64,000 bases of DNA, from assembly GCF_006345805.1 (NCBI RefSeq), contig NC_043006.1, forward strand, positions 70,308,001 to 70,372,000, read 5' to 3'. The notes beneath the pieces are model-generated. The model made no database searches. It was not told where the DNA came from and saw only the letters and a program-made list of their open reading frames with translations. The first letter of the stretch is position 1; each line of letters begins with the position of its first letter. Below are positions 12,267 to 24,559 of this stretch, one piece after another. The translations under genes and the position numbers were made by a program. The stretch is from Octopus sinensis (lineage: Eukaryota).

Positions 12267-12593
12267 CTGGCCCTCCGTCGGTTACGGCGACGAGTGTTCC
12301 AGTTGATCCGATCAATAAAACAGCCTGCTCGTGAAATTAGCGCGCAAGTAGCTGAGGGAGCCATGGACAGGCATACCCTTAATACGGTTCTCAGGAAGAA
12401 CCGGCCTGATACACCAAATGCGTCAAGGTTGGCCCTTTGAATCGCAGGTAGAAGTCATTTTTGTCAGCTGAGTGGACTGGAGCAACGTGAAATAAAGTAA
12501 CTAGCTCGAGGAGACAACGCGCACCCAGGAATGGAACTTATGGCCTTACGATCGTGAGGCAAAAACCCTAACCACTAAGCCACGCGGCCTTCG
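12265..12593 (-). mobile_element. Family A SINE, long form
   Basis: Reverse-complement tRNA-like head at about 12540-12593; tail related to about 35940-36085. Confidence 0.7.
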
Positions 12594-12639
12594 CTAAACT
12601 ATAACAATTCCTTACTGCTTCTCAAAGTTATAGAGTTAC

Positions 12640-13130
12640 TTCCCTTACTTCCCTGGGCATGGATACGTTGAAACTCCGACGTCTGGCAGCTGACTTGGCA
12701 GACACCCATAAAATTATTAAGCATCTTAATCACAATAACTCTGAGCACCTTTTCAAGCTCCACCTGTCTAACACCCGTGGACATGTTTACACAGTGAACA
12801 GTGTATCGGTCAGAAAACAGCACAGCTCCCATGACTTTCGAAAACATTTTTTCACGCTAAGAGTTGCTGATGCATGGAACAAACTGCCGGCATTAGTTGT
12901 TAGTTGTCGGTTCACTGCATCCTTCAAAACTTCCATGCTTCCTGAGATTTGTCAACACTACACCTGATTTTCTCCCCTCCATACACACGCAAGCATATAT
13001 CTGATTCATACACTGTTCACTTCCCAGACAGTTGTACATTACTGCATATGCTTTATATGCACTTTTGACAAGTTGTGGTGCATCTGAGCACTGTAAACAA
13101 TAATTTCATTATTATTATTATATTATTATT
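12640..13130 (+). mobile_element. CR1-group LINE 3' end, 5'-truncated, (ATT)n tail
   Basis: ORF 12659-12967 has LRRL..DL, TRGH, RKHFFTLRVADAWNKLP and FK motifs typical of a CR1 ORF2 C-terminus. Confidence 0.85.
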
Positions 13131-13569
13131 TAACTCACTACCTCCATCCAAGTTTCCCCGATAAACTCCGACGACGACGAACATTCTCGTAACTACTTTA
13201 ACAAATCTTTCTCCGCTCTGAAATTTTCTTTTTTACTCATCATATTTCCACTGCTTTGAACCTGCTGAAGCTATACATCAGTCCCCGTTGATTCCATCAA
13301 TCTAGCAAGTAGCTGTTGGCTCAAGTAACGATGTGTTTTATTTCCTTTCTGAAGTCAATAGGATGTGATTTGAAGGCGATTTGTCTTTTATTTCTATTAG
13401 CGTGTTAAAATTATGCCAAGGGAAATTACTCTTTACATAAAACTAATTATCTCCCTTCACAACTTTATAAAAAAAAATATATATTTTTTTTTAACTCTTT
13501 GCTTTCTATCTTTCCTTCTTTCTGTATCTGAGAAAGAGACCTCCATCGATCATGTATGACCATGGGATG

Positions 13570-13800
13570 CTTGAAATTTCGAATACTGGTAAAATTTTTC
13601 ACATAGAACACAGTTTACTCTGAACGTTTTTGACAAAATTTCCTATTTTAGAAGTTATTTCTTGTTAAAGTCGTCGTATTTGGGTAATTTCAACCAATCA
13701 ACGACGTGTATTCGATTGAAAAAAAGCTACTGCTGTTTGCGATAGTAATCAAAGAGGAACAACTTCCGAGCCGTCTCTACTAAATGTCGACCATTTTGTT
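13570..13800 (+). repeat. Unclassified interspersed repeat
   Basis: Inverted copy at about 14630-14775 and direct copy at about 35700-35915; shared CAACCAATCAAYGACGTGTATTC. Confidence 0.6.
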
Positions 13801-13962
13801 CGAAGAATCAACACCATAGAGCAAACGAGTCCGCAGCTAGCTATTTTGCTGTTCACGTATATGTAGTTTCAAAATGCCTTATTCTACAACTAAGAGATGT
13901 ATTGTTATTGTCATGATTTTATCTTCCTATAATCAACAACAAACACATTTCGTCAATATAAG

Positions 13963-14275
13963 GCGACGAGCTGGCAGAAACATTAGCACGCCGGGCGAAA
14001 TGCTTTGCGGTAATTCGTCTGCCATTACTTTCTCACTTCAAATTCCGCCGAGGTCAACTTTGCCTTGTGTGTAGTAAAGAAATAGGTATTTCGTCTGTCT
14101 TTACGTTCTGAGTTCAAATTCCGCCGAGGTCGACTTTGCCTGTCATCCTTTCGGGGTCGATTATATAAGTACCAGTTACGCAATGGATTCAATGTAATTG
14201 ACTTAATCCCTTTGTCTGTCCTTGTTTGTCCCCTCTATGCTTAGCCCCCTGTGAGCAATAAAGAAATAAATATAA
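13963..14275 (+). mobile_element. Family C SINE with partial tandem body
   Basis: Head GGCGACGAGCTGGCAGAAAC near 13961; junction AAAGAAATAG|GTATTTCGTC near 14085. Confidence 0.8.
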
Positions 14276-14409
14276 AAGTCTTTGTTAGATTAAAAATATC
14301 ATTATGGAAACATGACGGTAAAAGAAAACAAATAGCGGCTTATACACCGGGGAAAAAACGGTAATTATCGTGGCAGTGACAAGTTCGCTTGCTGGTTGCT
14401 AGTTGATAG

Positions 14410-14625
14410 CGTATTAGGGAGGGAAAGAGAAATAATGCCCGGTGCTGACTAGAAAGGAAGGAAGAATAGAGGTGAAGAATAGAGGGAGGGGAAGAGTAAG
14501 GAATGCATGGTGCTGACTAGAAAGGAAAGAAGGATAAAGGTGACGAATAGAGGGAGGGAAAGAGTAAGGAATGCATGGTGCTGACTAGAAAGGAAGGAAG
14601 GATAATGGTGATGAATAGAACAGAG
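14410..14625. repeat. 68-bp purine-rich minisatellite, about 3 copies
   Basis: GGTGCTGACTAGAAAGGAA at 14441, 14509 and 14577. Confidence 0.9.
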
Positions 14626-15076
14626 TAGTGACATTTAGTAGAAATGACCCAAAAGTTGTTCCTCTTCAATTACTATCGCAAACAACAGTAGCTTTCTTCA
14701 ACCAAATACACATCATTGATTGGTTGAAATTACCCAAATACGACAACTTTAACACGTAATAACTTCTAAAATACTTATTTTATCATCTCTTTTGCCGAAC
14801 TGCTAAGTTACGGGGACATAAACACACCAACACTAGTTGTCAAGCAGTGGTGAGAGACAAACAAACAAGAATGCATATATGTGTATGTGTATGTGTGTGC
14901 GCACACACAGACACACACACAAATGGGACAAGAACGCAAAACATCCGGACAGCTAGGTGATACAAAAAGGGACAACAAAACATCCAGATACAAAGAAAAC
15001 ATATATGTATCGTCTATCCGGATGTTTTGTTGTCCCTTTTTGCGTTCTTGTCCCATTTTGTATTATTATTATATAT

Positions 15077-15130
<54 letters not shown>

Positions 15131-15152
15131 ATAATATATATATATATATATA

Positions 15153-16421
15153 CGAGGGGCGTTCAATAAGTAATGCCCCTGACCCACTTGCAGTTGTTTG
15201 ATCTAGCTGAAATTTTGCATGTGCACTTATTTATACCTCTATAGATTAAGTGGCGAATTACAGCTCTGAACTAATTGTGGTTTCTGATTTACAGGTGTTT
15301 GAACTGAGTCAAGTGTGAAATGGAGCCTGTTGAGTGTCGAGCAGTGATCTGGTTTTTGTATTTGAAAGGACGCACACCACGGGAGACTTTTGATGAAATG
15401 AAAGTAACTTATGGTGATGATGCCCCATCATATGACCTTGTAAAACGCTGGCATTGTGAATTCAAACATAGTCGGAACTCTGTGGAAACAGCTCCCAGAT
15501 CTGGTCGCCCCCTTCTGCCGTTGATGAGACGTCTGTCCGTCAAGTTGAGGCTGCCATTTTGGAAGGTCAACGCATAACTATTCGCAAAATAGCCCATAAG
15601 GTCAAGATTAGTACCGGGTCTGTGGAAACTATCATTCATGACCATTTGCATACGCAAAAGGTGTCTGCCAGATGGATTTCCAGGTTGCTCACACCTTTCC
15701 AGAAGCAAGAACGCGTTGAGTGCTCGATGATGAATTTGGAGATGTGCCAAGAAGATGAGTCAAAATTTTTCAAAAGACTGATCACACAGGATAAAACCTG
15801 GGTCCATCACTATGATCCATAGACCAAAGCCCAGTCAATGCAGTGAAAGCACCGTGACTCACCTCCTCCAAAGAAGGCAAGGGTGCAGCCCTCCGCTGAC
15901 AAGGTTATGCTCACAGTCTTCTGGGACCAGGACGGAGTAGTGATGACAGATTTCCTGGCAAAGGGTACCACAATTACAGGAGCCTATTATGCTTCACTTT
16001 TCAGGAAATTAAGAGAAGCTATCAAAATCAAGAGGCGGGGCAAGATCAGCAAAGGCATCCTCCTCCTGCAGGACAACGCTCCGGTCCACAACTCGCGTGT
16101 CGCCAGATCAGAAGCACAGGCGTGCAGCTATGAACTCCTCCCCTTGCACCCTCTGATTTTCACCTCTTCCCAGCCATGAAGTTGATTTTGAAAGGAAAGC
16201 GTTTCCCAGATGATGCAGCCTTGATTTCTGAAGTCACGTCGTGGTTGGAGGACCGAGCTGGGGTCTTCTACAAAAACGGTCTCCAGAGCTGTATCAAACG
16301 ATGGGAGAAATGCATAACTCTGAGTAGTTCCTATGTAGGAAAAGACTAATAACTGTGCCAAGTGTCGTTGCTCTACTGCTATGGGAAGTAGGTCAAGGGC
16401 ATTACTTATTGAACGCCCCTC

Positions 16422-16422
<1 letters not shown>
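15153..16422 (+). mobile_element. Full-length mariner transposon (1270 bp), transposase disrupted
   Basis: 27-bp perfect TIR CGAGGGGCGTTCAATAAGTAATGCCCY with TA on both sides inside (TA)n. HTH, ITQDKTW and LQDNAPVH motifs are present; there are stops, a frameshift, and the HPPYSPD segment is missing. Confidence 0.95.
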
Positions 16423-16459
<37 letters not shown>

Positions 16460-16668
16460 GGTTTAAATAATTGAGATTCAAGTGAATTCTAATGAATTCA
16501 CATGAATATGGTCCTTAACTAGGATGCACCGGAAATCTATATGGTGTTAACCATACGACAAGTGGGGTGATTACAAATAGGAAAAAAGCAACAAGAATGG
16601 GTTAAAATCTCGGTACAATTGTTTCGTACAATTGTACCGAGATTTTAATCCATTCTTGTTGCTTTTTT

Positions 16669-16705
<37 letters not shown>

Positions 16706-16739
16706 TGGCGTACGTACACTTTGTTCACTTATATGTAAG

Positions 16740-16770
<31 letters not shown>

Positions 16771-17821
16771 TACTTTATTTAAAAGCAGCAGAAATTCAAC
16801 AAAACCAGTTATTCGGAGTTTCACGTTCCCGTTCATCGGGAACGTGAAACACCGAGTAACAGGTTTTGTTGAATTTCTGCTGCTTTTAAATAAAGCATAT
16901 TACTCTACCCCTGGTATTTGAGTACTCTTTTTTCCACTTGTTTCACATTTATGTGTTTACTCTTGTCCCATTTTGTATTTATATGATAAATACAAAATGG
17001 GACAAGAACGCAAAACGGAACAACAAAACATCCAGATAGACGATACACACACACACACACACACACACGTGTATATATACTGTCAGAAACTTCGAAGATT
17101 CAGCAATAGTCGATGTCGTCAACTGACTGTACCCTTGCATCGAGTTCTTTTTCAGTTTTAGTTTTATAATTAATAATTATGAAAATATCCTTAACTGGTG
17201 GGCAGAGAGAATGATAACGTATGTGTCTCATTCATGGGAGACAGAGGCTGAGAGAGACAAAGAGAGAAAAAGGGGAAAGAGGGGGAGAAAAAGATAGAGA
17301 GACAGTGTTATGGATAACTTAACAATGACAGAAATAGGAATGAAAAATACAGTAACATCTCAATTATCTCCCCTGCATCACTATTTTTCGCGCACGGTCT
17401 TTTTTTTCCTCTTTCTCTTTCTTTCATCTTTCAGGTTCCCAGTGGACGAGCGAGATAGATTCAGTAATGTTCATATCTTTTTCGAAGTTACCTATAACGT
17501 AAATTAACTAAAATTTGATTGGAGACATAGTGAAATTGAATATTACGTCTAGTGACAGTGACAGAACAGGTCGAACGGCTGACAAAATGTTTTGTATCTG
17601 TTTTTCATGATTTTATATTCCAATCCTACCAAAGTCAACTTTGCGTTTCGTCCTTCCCAGCGGGGACGAATAATAAAATAAACAACTGCTAATATACTGA
17701 GCTGAGAAAATTGACTGTTTTCTCTACCAAATTTGAAGCGAAATGTCTTTGACAGAATTTATATTATTTTTTTTATTTTCGATAATGCTCAATAGATTCC
17801 TGTCTTCACTGGCAACTCGCT

Positions 17822-18116
17822 GGTACCACTTAAGAAGAGTGGTCCCGGTGCGCGTACTCGTGCATCCGCGCTAGCTAGTCGTCACTAGTCGATCCTTACT
17901 TTGTGTTTTTGTTTTACTTTGTTTTAAAAAAATTATTTACTTTGTGTTTTTTGTTTTATTTACTTTGTTTTAAGAAATTATTTATTTTGTGTAAAAATTT
18001 ATTTATTTTGTGTTTTATTTACTTCGCTAGGTAACCGTTGTAGGATCAACTGGTCACGTCTAGCTAGCGCGTGTATGCGAGTGCGCGCACCAGGACCACT
18101 CTTCTTAAGTAGTACC
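17822..18116. mobile_element. MITE with about 75-bp GC-rich TIRs and T-rich spacer
   Basis: GGTACCACTTAAGAAGAGTGGTCC... and its imperfect inverse ending ...CTTAAGTAGTACC; flanks CAACTCGCT / CAACTCACC. Confidence 0.75.
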
Positions 18117-18299
18117 CAACTCACCTAGCAGAGGTAATTGGTGAGGGTCGAGAGGGCGCTTGGCTATTCCTGCGCATCAGCCTCGTCATCACCCGCGGCA
18201 ACGTTGCAAGCGTGCTGGTGTGCCTCAATAACCATTAGAGAGGTTTCCCAGCGCCCCCAACTTTCCAACTCAAGGAGGTGAATTGTTTATTGTTTTCTT

Positions 18300-18640
18300 T
18301 TATACTTTTACTTGTTTCAGTCATTTTGACTGCGGCCATGCTGGAGTACCGCCTTTAGTCGAGCAAATCGCCCCCAGGCGATTTTGTAAGTCTAGTACTT
18401 ATTCTATCGGTCTCTTTTGCTGAACCACTAACTTATGGGGACGTTGTTGTCAAGCATCGGTTGTCAAGCAACACACACACACACAAACATATACACGTAC
18501 ATACATATACACGCACATACATACATACATATATATATATATATACAACGGGCTTCTTTCAGTTTCCATCTACCAAATCCACTCGCAAGGCTTTGGTCAA
18601 CCCGAGGCTATAGTAGAAGACACTTACCCAAGGTGCCACG
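18300..18640 (-). mobile_element. Family B SINE, head truncated
   Basis: Family B blocks in reverse. Confidence 0.8.
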
Positions 18641-19180
18641 CAGAATTGTTAGCATACCAGGTGAAATGTATTTCGTCTGTTTTTACATTCTGAGTTCAAA
18701 TTCCACAGAGTCGACTTTGCCTTTTATCCTTTCGGGGTCAATAAGTTAAGTACCAGTTGAGAACTGGGGTTGATGTAATCATCTTATCCTTTGACCCCTG
18801 AAATTACTGACTTTGTACCAAAATTTGAAACCGATATTATTATTTCAGTGTCTCTGAGTTCAAATTCCACCGAGGTTGACTTTGCCTTTCATCCTTTCGG
18901 GGTCGATAAATTGAGTACCAGTGGAGTACTGGGGTCAATGTAAACAACTAGTCCCCACCAACAAAATTTCAAGGCCTTGTGCTTATAGCAGAAAAGATTA
19001 TTATTTCAGTGGTGAGCTGGCAGAATCGTTAGCACAGCAGGCAAAATGCTTAGCAGTATTTCTGTCTTTACATTCTGAGTTCAAATTCCACCAAGGTCAA
19101 CTTTGCTTTTCGGGATTGATTAAATAAGAAAAAGGGATGAGCACTGAAGTCGATGTAATTGACTTACACCATCCCCTTAT
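18641..19180 (+). mobile_element. Three adjacent family C SINE fragments
   Basis: CTGAGTTCAAATTCCAC at about 18690, 18855 and 19075. Confidence 0.75.
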
Positions 19181-19624
19181 GTGGTTGATGTAAGGAAACA
19201 GGCACAGCCCCAGAAATTCTTCAAAGGGAACGGAATACAATTCCAGGAGAAAGGGGCGTAATAAAATTATTTAGAAGGGCATATTTCTTTTCTTGATGGT
19301 GGTGGGCACGTCTCCACAGCCTCCTCCCACCTCCCTTGGGTCCGCTCTTGGGAAGGGCATCTGGTTGTAGAAACCATGCCAAACCAGACATAGAAGTTGG
19401 CAAAACCCTCTGGTTCACCTGTTCTTTGCAAACCAAGGGACATTAAATGATGATGGGGAAGATTATGGTGGTGGTGGTAATGATGACGATGATCATGATC
19501 ATGGTTTGAAGAGGAAGGTTAGTGTAGAGAGGCCGATGTGGCCTTCTTGTGTGTTTATTGAAAAATGGATGAGAGACTGGATGATCCCACTCTGAGTGTT
19601 TTTTGGGGTTTTTTTCCTAAGGTG

Positions 19625-20020
19625 TAGGAGTGGCTGTGTAGTAAGTAGTTTGCTTACCAACCACATGGTTCCAGGTTCAGTCCCAATGCGTGGCACCTTG
19701 GGCAAGTGTCTTCTACTATAGCCTTGGGCTGACCAAAGCCTTGTGAGTAGATTTGGTAGACGGAAACTGAAAGCCAGTCGTATATGTATATATATATGTA
19801 CGTGTGTGTATATGTTTGTGTGTCTGTGTTTGTCCCTCCAACATCACTTGACAACCAATGCTGGTGTGTTTACATCCCCGTAACTTAGCGGCTCGGCAAA
19901 TGCAACCGATAGAATAAGTACTAGGCTTACAAAGAATAAGTCCTGAGGTTGATTTGCTCGACTAAATGTGGTGCTCCAGCATGGCCACAGTCAAATGACT
20001 GAAACCAGTAAAAGAGTAAG
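19625..20020 (+). mobile_element. Family B SINE, full length
   Basis: Head AGGAGTGGCTGTGTAGTAAG, CORE-like ACCTTGGGCAAGTGTCTT, tail AGTAAAAGAG. Confidence 0.9.
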
Positions 20021-20299
20021 TAGGAGGAAAGAAACTGGAAGAGGGCACTTCAGATGCTTTGGAGATAGTACAGTCATCTAGGTCATCTTGTGGAAAGGTT
20101 TTTCCCAAATTGCTCTAAGTGGATGGTCAGGCAATTGGAAATTCTATTTATTCATTTATTATTATTTTTTACTTCTATTTTCATATTTTGTGTCATATCT
20201 TTATTGTTGTTGTGTCTGAATTTTATTGATGTAACCCCACACCATTTTGGTCCTCAAAGTCTTGGGCTTTTGTGGCTAATAAAAGAAATCATCACCATT

Positions 20300-20495
20300 T
20301 CATTGGCGAACTGGCAGAATCATCAGCAGTGTTTCTCCCGTTGCTACGTTCTGAGTTCAAATTCTGCCAAGGTCAACTTTGCTTTTCATCCTTTCAGGGT
20401 CAATGAAATAAGTACCAGCTATGCACTGGGGTCGATGTAATTGCCTTGCCTCCTCCCCAACAATTTCAGGCCTTGTGCCTATAGTAGAAAGGATT
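20300..20495 (+). mobile_element. Family C SINE
   Basis: Family core present. Confidence 0.75.
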
Positions 20496-20529
20496 ATTAT
20501 TATCATTATTATTACTATTATTATTATTA

Positions 20530-21015
20530 TTGAGTGAGAGAACAGTGCATGCCATCAAAGTGACACTGGGGTAAAATATACAAAGCTCAGTATACCCATC
20601 ATGACTACCTGTCTGATAAGGGTACACCAGGCACATGCATCACAACCAAATGTGCATGAAATGGTGATCTCATATCAAGATAAAGAGCACATGACCTTGC
20701 AGGTGGGGGCCCAGTTAGAATTTTCTTCTGGTCGAGTAGCCCATCCCGCTCATAAGGTCCCTGAATAAGGATTGTTTAAGGATGTTGAATGAACCGGCCA
20801 GGTTTCCAAAGGTGAATTATTCAAACCCCAAAGAATTCCTCTCAATACGTGGCTATGATGCTCCCCCACTATTTCTGCTCGTGATCAGAGATGCACATAT
20901 CATCAGCCACTAAGGGACATGCTCAACTGGTTATGGTCAAACAACTGACAAGCAAATTTGTGGTATTGGGCAGAATATTTACTGTAGCCCATCTTTTATA
21001 CCAAGACAAAACAAT
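20530..21015 (-). mobile_element. Unclassified retroposon-like repeat with (AAT)n tail
   Basis: Reverse complement of about 46207-46571; both copies end in (AAT)n. Confidence 0.7.
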
Positions 21016-21091
21016 GTACATGATAACACTTATTGTTATTATTGTTGTTGTTGCTGTTGTTGTTGTTGTAGTTCTTGTTATTATCATTATT

Positions 21092-21305
21092 AAGGTGGTA
21101 AGCTGGCAGAATTGTTAGCACGCCGGGTGAAATGTTTAGCGGTATTTCATCTGTCTTTACGTTCTGAGTTCAAATTCCACCGAGGTCAACTTTGTGTTTC
21201 ATCCCTTCTGGGTCAATAAATTAAGTACCAGTTGCATACTAGGGTTGATCTAATTGACTGGCACCCCTCCAAAAAATTTCATGCCTTGTGCCTTTAGTAG
21301 AAAGC
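21092..21305 (+). mobile_element. Family C SINE, followed by TAT/GGT/AGT microsatellites to about 21465
   Basis: Family core present. Confidence 0.8.
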
Positions 21306-21979
21306 ATTATTATTATCATTATTATTATTATTATTATTATTATTACTAGTAGTTGTGGTGGTGAAGGTGGTGGTGGTGGTGGTGGTGGTGGTGGTAGTGG
21401 TGGTGGTCATTGTCATCATTGTCGTGGTCATGACAGCAGCAGCAGTAGTAGTAGTAGTAGTAGTAAACAAACAGACAGAAGGTCGGACAGACAGACAGGC
21501 AGAGAGATGTGAAGAGCTAATTCGGAAAAGTTGTTAAGTTTCTTAAGTGCTTGGCACTTAGCATGGGAAGTAGCGTGAGGAAGAAATCCCCACCCTTGTT
21601 CCCCCAAAAAATTATAAAAAAAAAACAAAGCGAGGTGGGGAAACAAGGAAATGACAGTTTAAAATGTTGACATGTTAGAGAGAAGTGATCCAGCAATGAC
21701 CTGATGAGGAAGGAAGACAATGAACAAAGAATTAACAAGTCTCAATTCTAAAAATCCATACAGCATCAACATGACTCAGTTTGCCAAATAAAGGACAATT
21801 ATCTTTCCTAGTATAGATTCCTGTACTAGGTACGCTATTCCTAGTGAAGGAATAATATTTATTGTGCTGCGTAGAAATATTGATGTGTTAAACAGATTAA
21901 ACATTTTGTTGTATTGTTGTTTTTATACATACACATATACATAGATATACATACATATATAAATGTATGTATACATACA

Positions 21980-22019
<40 letters not shown>

Positions 22020-22023
<4 letters not shown>

Positions 22024-22227
22024 CTCTTTTACTTGTTGCAGTCATCTGACTGTGGCCATGCTGGAGCACCACCTTTAGTCGAGCAAATCGACCCCAGGAC
22101 TTATTCTTTGTAAGCCTAGTACTTATTCTATCGGTCTCTTTTGCAGAACCGCTAAGTTACAGGGATGTAAACATACCAGCATCGGTTGTCAAGTGATGTT
22201 GGGGGAGGGCCAAACACAGACACACAA

Positions 22228-22270
<43 letters not shown>

Positions 22271-22395
22271 TATATACGACGGGCTTCTTTCAGTTTCCAT
22301 CTACCAAATCCACTCACAAGGATTTGGTCAACTCGAGGCTATAGTAGAAGACACTTGCCCAAGGTGCCATGCAGTGGGAATGAACCCAGAACCAT
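22020..22395 (-). mobile_element. Family B SINE
   Basis: Family B blocks in reverse. Confidence 0.85.
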
Positions 22396-22397
22396 AT

Positions 22398-22428
<31 letters not shown>

Positions 22429-22500
22429 TATTTGTATTATTATTTGATTGAATGCCACGCATTCATTTCCAAGTAAGTTTATCTGATATATATATACACA

Positions 22501-22712
22501 CAGGGTGGCCCAAAAGTAGGTTTACAGTTATTCAACTATCTCTTTCGCATTCATATATTAACAGTTTAGATCTTAATTATTAAAAAACATGTAACCATTA
22601 TTCTATGCTAATTTAGTTAATTGTAAGATAGAAATTTAAATGTAATAAGATGTTTTAAAAGAAATTTAAAGTGCTTACATGATAACTGTAAAGCTACTTT
22701 TGGGCCACCCTG
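22501..22712. mobile_element. Tc1/mariner-type MITE
   Basis: About 30-bp TIR CAGGGTGGCCCAAAAGTAG.TTTACAGTTA; TA on the right flank. Confidence 0.85.
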
Positions 22713-23206
22713 TACATATGATGGACTCTCCCGTTGAAGACAACGTATGAGGTGTTCAGCTTTTGCCAAATGACCTGCACAAATGGTTAGTTTATAGAGA
22801 TCAAATCTTCATGCCACACAGCTCACTCTCTCCATCAAATCAATGTTGCCTGAACAGGTGCACATGCGTCAAGCATCAAAGTGATTGCAGAATAACATAA
22901 GACAAAGTGTTTTGCTCAAGAACACAACACACCACCAGGTTTAGGAATTGAACCCATGATCTTAGTGATCATGAGTGCAACACCCTAACCACTAGGCCAT
23001 ACATTCATACAGTAATCCCTCACCAAATCACAGTTCACCTATTGCGGTTTATTATTTAAGCTTATGTCGATTCCTCCACGGAGCTGCTTTGCATTTATAA
23101 AATATACAAACTATAAAAATAATGATGAAGGCTGGAGGGTATATCAACCAAAACATTGTGTTAACAACAAACAAGATGAGGACGAATATCCGTCAAAGGA
23201 AAATAT

Positions 23207-23610
23207 AGGCACAGGAGTGGCTGTGTGGTAAGTAGCTTGCTAAACAACCACATGGTTCTGGGTTCAGTCCCACTGCGTGGCATCTTGGGCAAGTGTCTTC
23301 TGCTATAGCCCCGGGCCAACCAATGCCTTGTGAGTGGATTTGGTAGACGGAAACTGAAAGAAGCCTGTCATATATATGTATGTGTGTGTATATGTTTGTG
23401 TGTCTGTGTTTGTCCCCCTAGCATTGCTTCACAACCGATGCTGGTGTGTTTACGTCCCCGTCACTTAGCGGTTCGGCAAAAAGAGACCGATAGAATAAGT
23501 ACTGGGCTTACAAAAGAATAAGTCCCGGGGTCGATTTGCTCGACTAAAGGTGGTGCTCCAGCATGGCCGCAGTCAAATGACTGAAACAAGTAAAAGAGTA
23601 AAGAGTAAGG
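23207..23610 (+). mobile_element. Family B SINE, full length
   Basis: As 19625. Confidence 0.9.
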
Positions 23611-23689
23611 TAATTCCTCATCTCTTAACTGTATTATAGGTAATCATATCTTAATTGTCTCTTCTCTTCTCACCACCTTTATTGTGTAG

Positions 23690-24215
23690 TGCCACCTGGC
23701 TGGCTTCCAGGCCGGTGGCACACAAAATGCTCCATCTAAATGTGGTTGATGCCAGTGCCCCATGACTGGCACCTGTGCCGGTAGCATGTAAAAAGCACCA
23801 TCTGAATGTGGTCGATGCCAGTGTCCCCTAACTGGCTCTTGTGCCGGTGGCATGTAAAAAGTGCTATCCAAACGTGATCAATGCCAGGGCCACCTGACTG
23901 GCTCCCGTGCCGGTAGTACATAAAAAGCACCCATTACACCCTTGAAGTGGTTGGCATTAGGAAGGGCATCCAGCTGTAGAAACATTGCCAGATCAGATTG
24001 GAGCCTGGTGCAGCCGCCTGGCTTGCCAGTCCTCAGTCAAACCATCCAACTCATGCCAGCATGGAAAGCGGATGTTAAACAATGATGATAATGATGATGA
24101 ATCTGGTAGCTGGTAGCATGATCTTGAAATGTTGGGCCTCACAGAGGTGATGACAAGTGACCGAGACCTTTGGCAATATGCTATGCTTGAGAAGACTCGT
24201 CAACCCAAGTAAAAT
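23690..24215 (+). mobile_element. RTE-type LINE 3' ends with internal about 60-bp repeats and (ATG)n tail
   Basis: TTAGGAAGGGCATCCAGCTGTAGAAAC block and GATGATGAT tail; 24125-24210 reads MLGLTEVMTSDRDLWQYAMLEKTRQPK*. Confidence 0.7.
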
Positions 24216-24559
24216 AAAATCAAAATCGTGAAGTTGGGGGTCACCAATTGTAACAGTTGTTGTAAAGGTGTTGTTTGCCAGTGTGCAAGATGGAAGAAGA
24301 ACAGTGATTGAAGTTGTAAAGAAATATTTATTTAACGTTACTTTAATATATGCCATACCACGACATGTAGGCTTGTGTAATAGTATAACACAGTTCATAA
24401 AGCATGTGATGGTGATGATGATGATGATTATTATTATTATTATTCAGGTCATTGCCTGGAATCGAACTCAGAATCTTGGGGTTTAGTAGCCTGTGCTGTT
24501 AACCACTATGCCATATACCGTCAAATGTAAATAATGTATGATTACCTATGTAAAGGTAG

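Noticed and set aside
20840-20905. CTGATGA...GAAAT on minus as another hammerhead
   Set aside because: No stem II directly after the core and no stem I partner.
21700-21730. CTGATGA on plus
   Set aside because: No GAAA partner or stems.
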